A stretch of 64,000 nt of DNA, taken from NCBI GenBank assembly GCA_022605425.2, contig JAKIMF020000005.1, forward strand, positions 1,240,001 through 1,304,000, written 5' to 3'. The position numbers and the translations under genes were made by a program. Under the pieces are notes generated by a model. That model searched no databases. It was not told the origin of the DNA and worked only from the letters and a program-made list of their open reading frames with translations. The DNA is from Hamiltosporidium tvaerminnensis FI-OER-3-3. Taxonomy: Eukaryota > Fungi > Microsporidia. Shown piece after piece: positions 62,953 to 64,000 of the stretch; within the stretch, counting starts at the first letter, position 1, and every line of letters begins with the position of its first letter.

Positions 62953-64000
62953 ATGACTGATATTTCTCAACACAATTTGTTCATTGATGGTAAAGTTTTG
63001 GTAGGGAATTCAGTAACGGAAAAGTTTAATAATGCCTGTACAAATACTTCGAACATTCTTCGTACTTCCTTTGGACCACTGGGATTGGATAAGATGTGCA
63101 TCGATCCTTCTAATAATATTTTAATTACAAATGATGGCGCAACAATTTTAACAAATACTACCAACGGTAACGATTTCGATATAATCAGTCAATTTCTTTC
63201 TAACATTTCGAATCAACAGGATAAAGAAATTGGAGATGGAACAACTTCAGTGACACTTCTTGCTACATCTCTCTATTCAAAAGCTGTGAATTTACTTTCC
63301 TTAAATGTTTCACCTCGAGTTATAATAAATGGATATCGTATGGCTCTGAAAGAATCTATCAGATTTATTAAACAAAAGCTTGAATTACCACTTCAGTCTT
63401 CTCAACTCAATAATCTTATAAGAACAACTATTTCTTCCAAACTTATAAATTCAGCTGCAGAATATTTCATTCCTTTAATAGCAAAAGCATCAAAAACTTT
63501 AGAAAATTATGAAGTCGAGGAAATACCAATTCTTAAAAAAGAAGGCAAAGGAATAAACGATTCTACTTTGTTACAAGGATATGCAATTAATGTGACTCCT
63601 ATTTATAATTTAAATAAGTTTTCTCAAAATTCAGGAAATAAAAAAATAATTCTAATTGATTTCAATTTAAAGAAAACCAAACTTCCTCTTACAACTCACA
63701 TTGTAATTGAAAATCCTGATGAGTTGGAATCTATAAGAATGAAAGAAATTTCACAATTAAAGAACAAAGTAATGACACTTATTAAGACAGGTGTCGATAT
63801 AATATTTTCGAGTAAAGGAATCGATGATATTGGAATTACATTGTTTAGAGAACACGAAGTTATGTTCGTTCGTAGAGTAAGAATTGAGGATTTGAAAGTT
63901 TTATCAAGATTGACAAAGTCTCCAATATATACGGATATAATCGGTATAGGTGACTCTGAAGCAAATCAAAATATAAGTTCTGATGATTTTAACAATTTTA
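62953..64000 (+). CDS. TCP1: CCT1/TCP1 copy 2 (partial, runs off the window end)
   Basis: Near-identical reverse complement of 40808-39761. Open frame from the ATG at 62953 to the window edge. Confidence 0.9.
   Translation, partial: MTDISQHNLFIDGKVLVGNSVTEKFNNACTNTSNILRTSFGPLGLDKMCIDPSNNILITNDGATILTNTTNGNDFDIISQFLSNISNQQDKEIGDGTTSVTLLATSLYSKAVNLLSLNVSPRVIINGYRMALKESIRFIKQKLELPLQSSQLNNLIRTTISSKLINSAAEYFIPLIAKASKTLENYEVEEIPILKKEGKGINDSTLLQGYAINVTPIYNLNKFSQNSGNKKIILIDFNLKKTKLPLTTHIVIENPDELESIRMKEISQLKNKVMTLIKTGVDIIFSSKGIDDIGITLFREHEVMFVRRVRIEDLKVLSRLTKSPIYTDIIGIGDSEANQNISSDDFNNF

Overview
A very AT-rich, gene-sparse eukaryotic window that looks microsporidian. CCC motifs sit just before several start codons, a 32-nt GTAAGT..CTAAT..TAG intron follows the ATG of RPL10A/RPL1, and there is an LRR-family gene. 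A large-genome species such as Hamiltosporidium is my inference, not something the sequence shows. Host genes: a bHLH factor, a CHY zinc-finger protein, otubain, CCT1/TCP1 (two near-identical inverted copies), RPL10A, XPB/SSL2, a probable Sus1/ENY2, tRNA-Asn and a 576-aa membrane-anchored hypothetical protein. Mobile DNA: a piggyBac, a DD39D (plant/Stowaway-type TIR) mariner and a Tc1/IS630-like element, all with TIRs and decayed. There is also an RLE-type (R4/NeSL-like) non-LTR retrotransposon, present as one near-full copy, two 5'-truncated copies with clear TSDs and two old relics. The most interesting signal is non-coding: a ~730-nt, highly structured RNA element in 4 copies (three with 10-16-bp TSDs) with UUCG hairpins and compensatory base changes between copies. 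A ~230-nt sister family shares the same unrecognised 5' head. Both end in a TAAATAA(A)GTAA-like terminus resembling the LINE 3' end. Two RTE-type mini-elements carry different 5' RNA modules, one of them a decayed twister ribozyme. A tRNA-like head with a UUA (ochre-reading) anticodon is also present.
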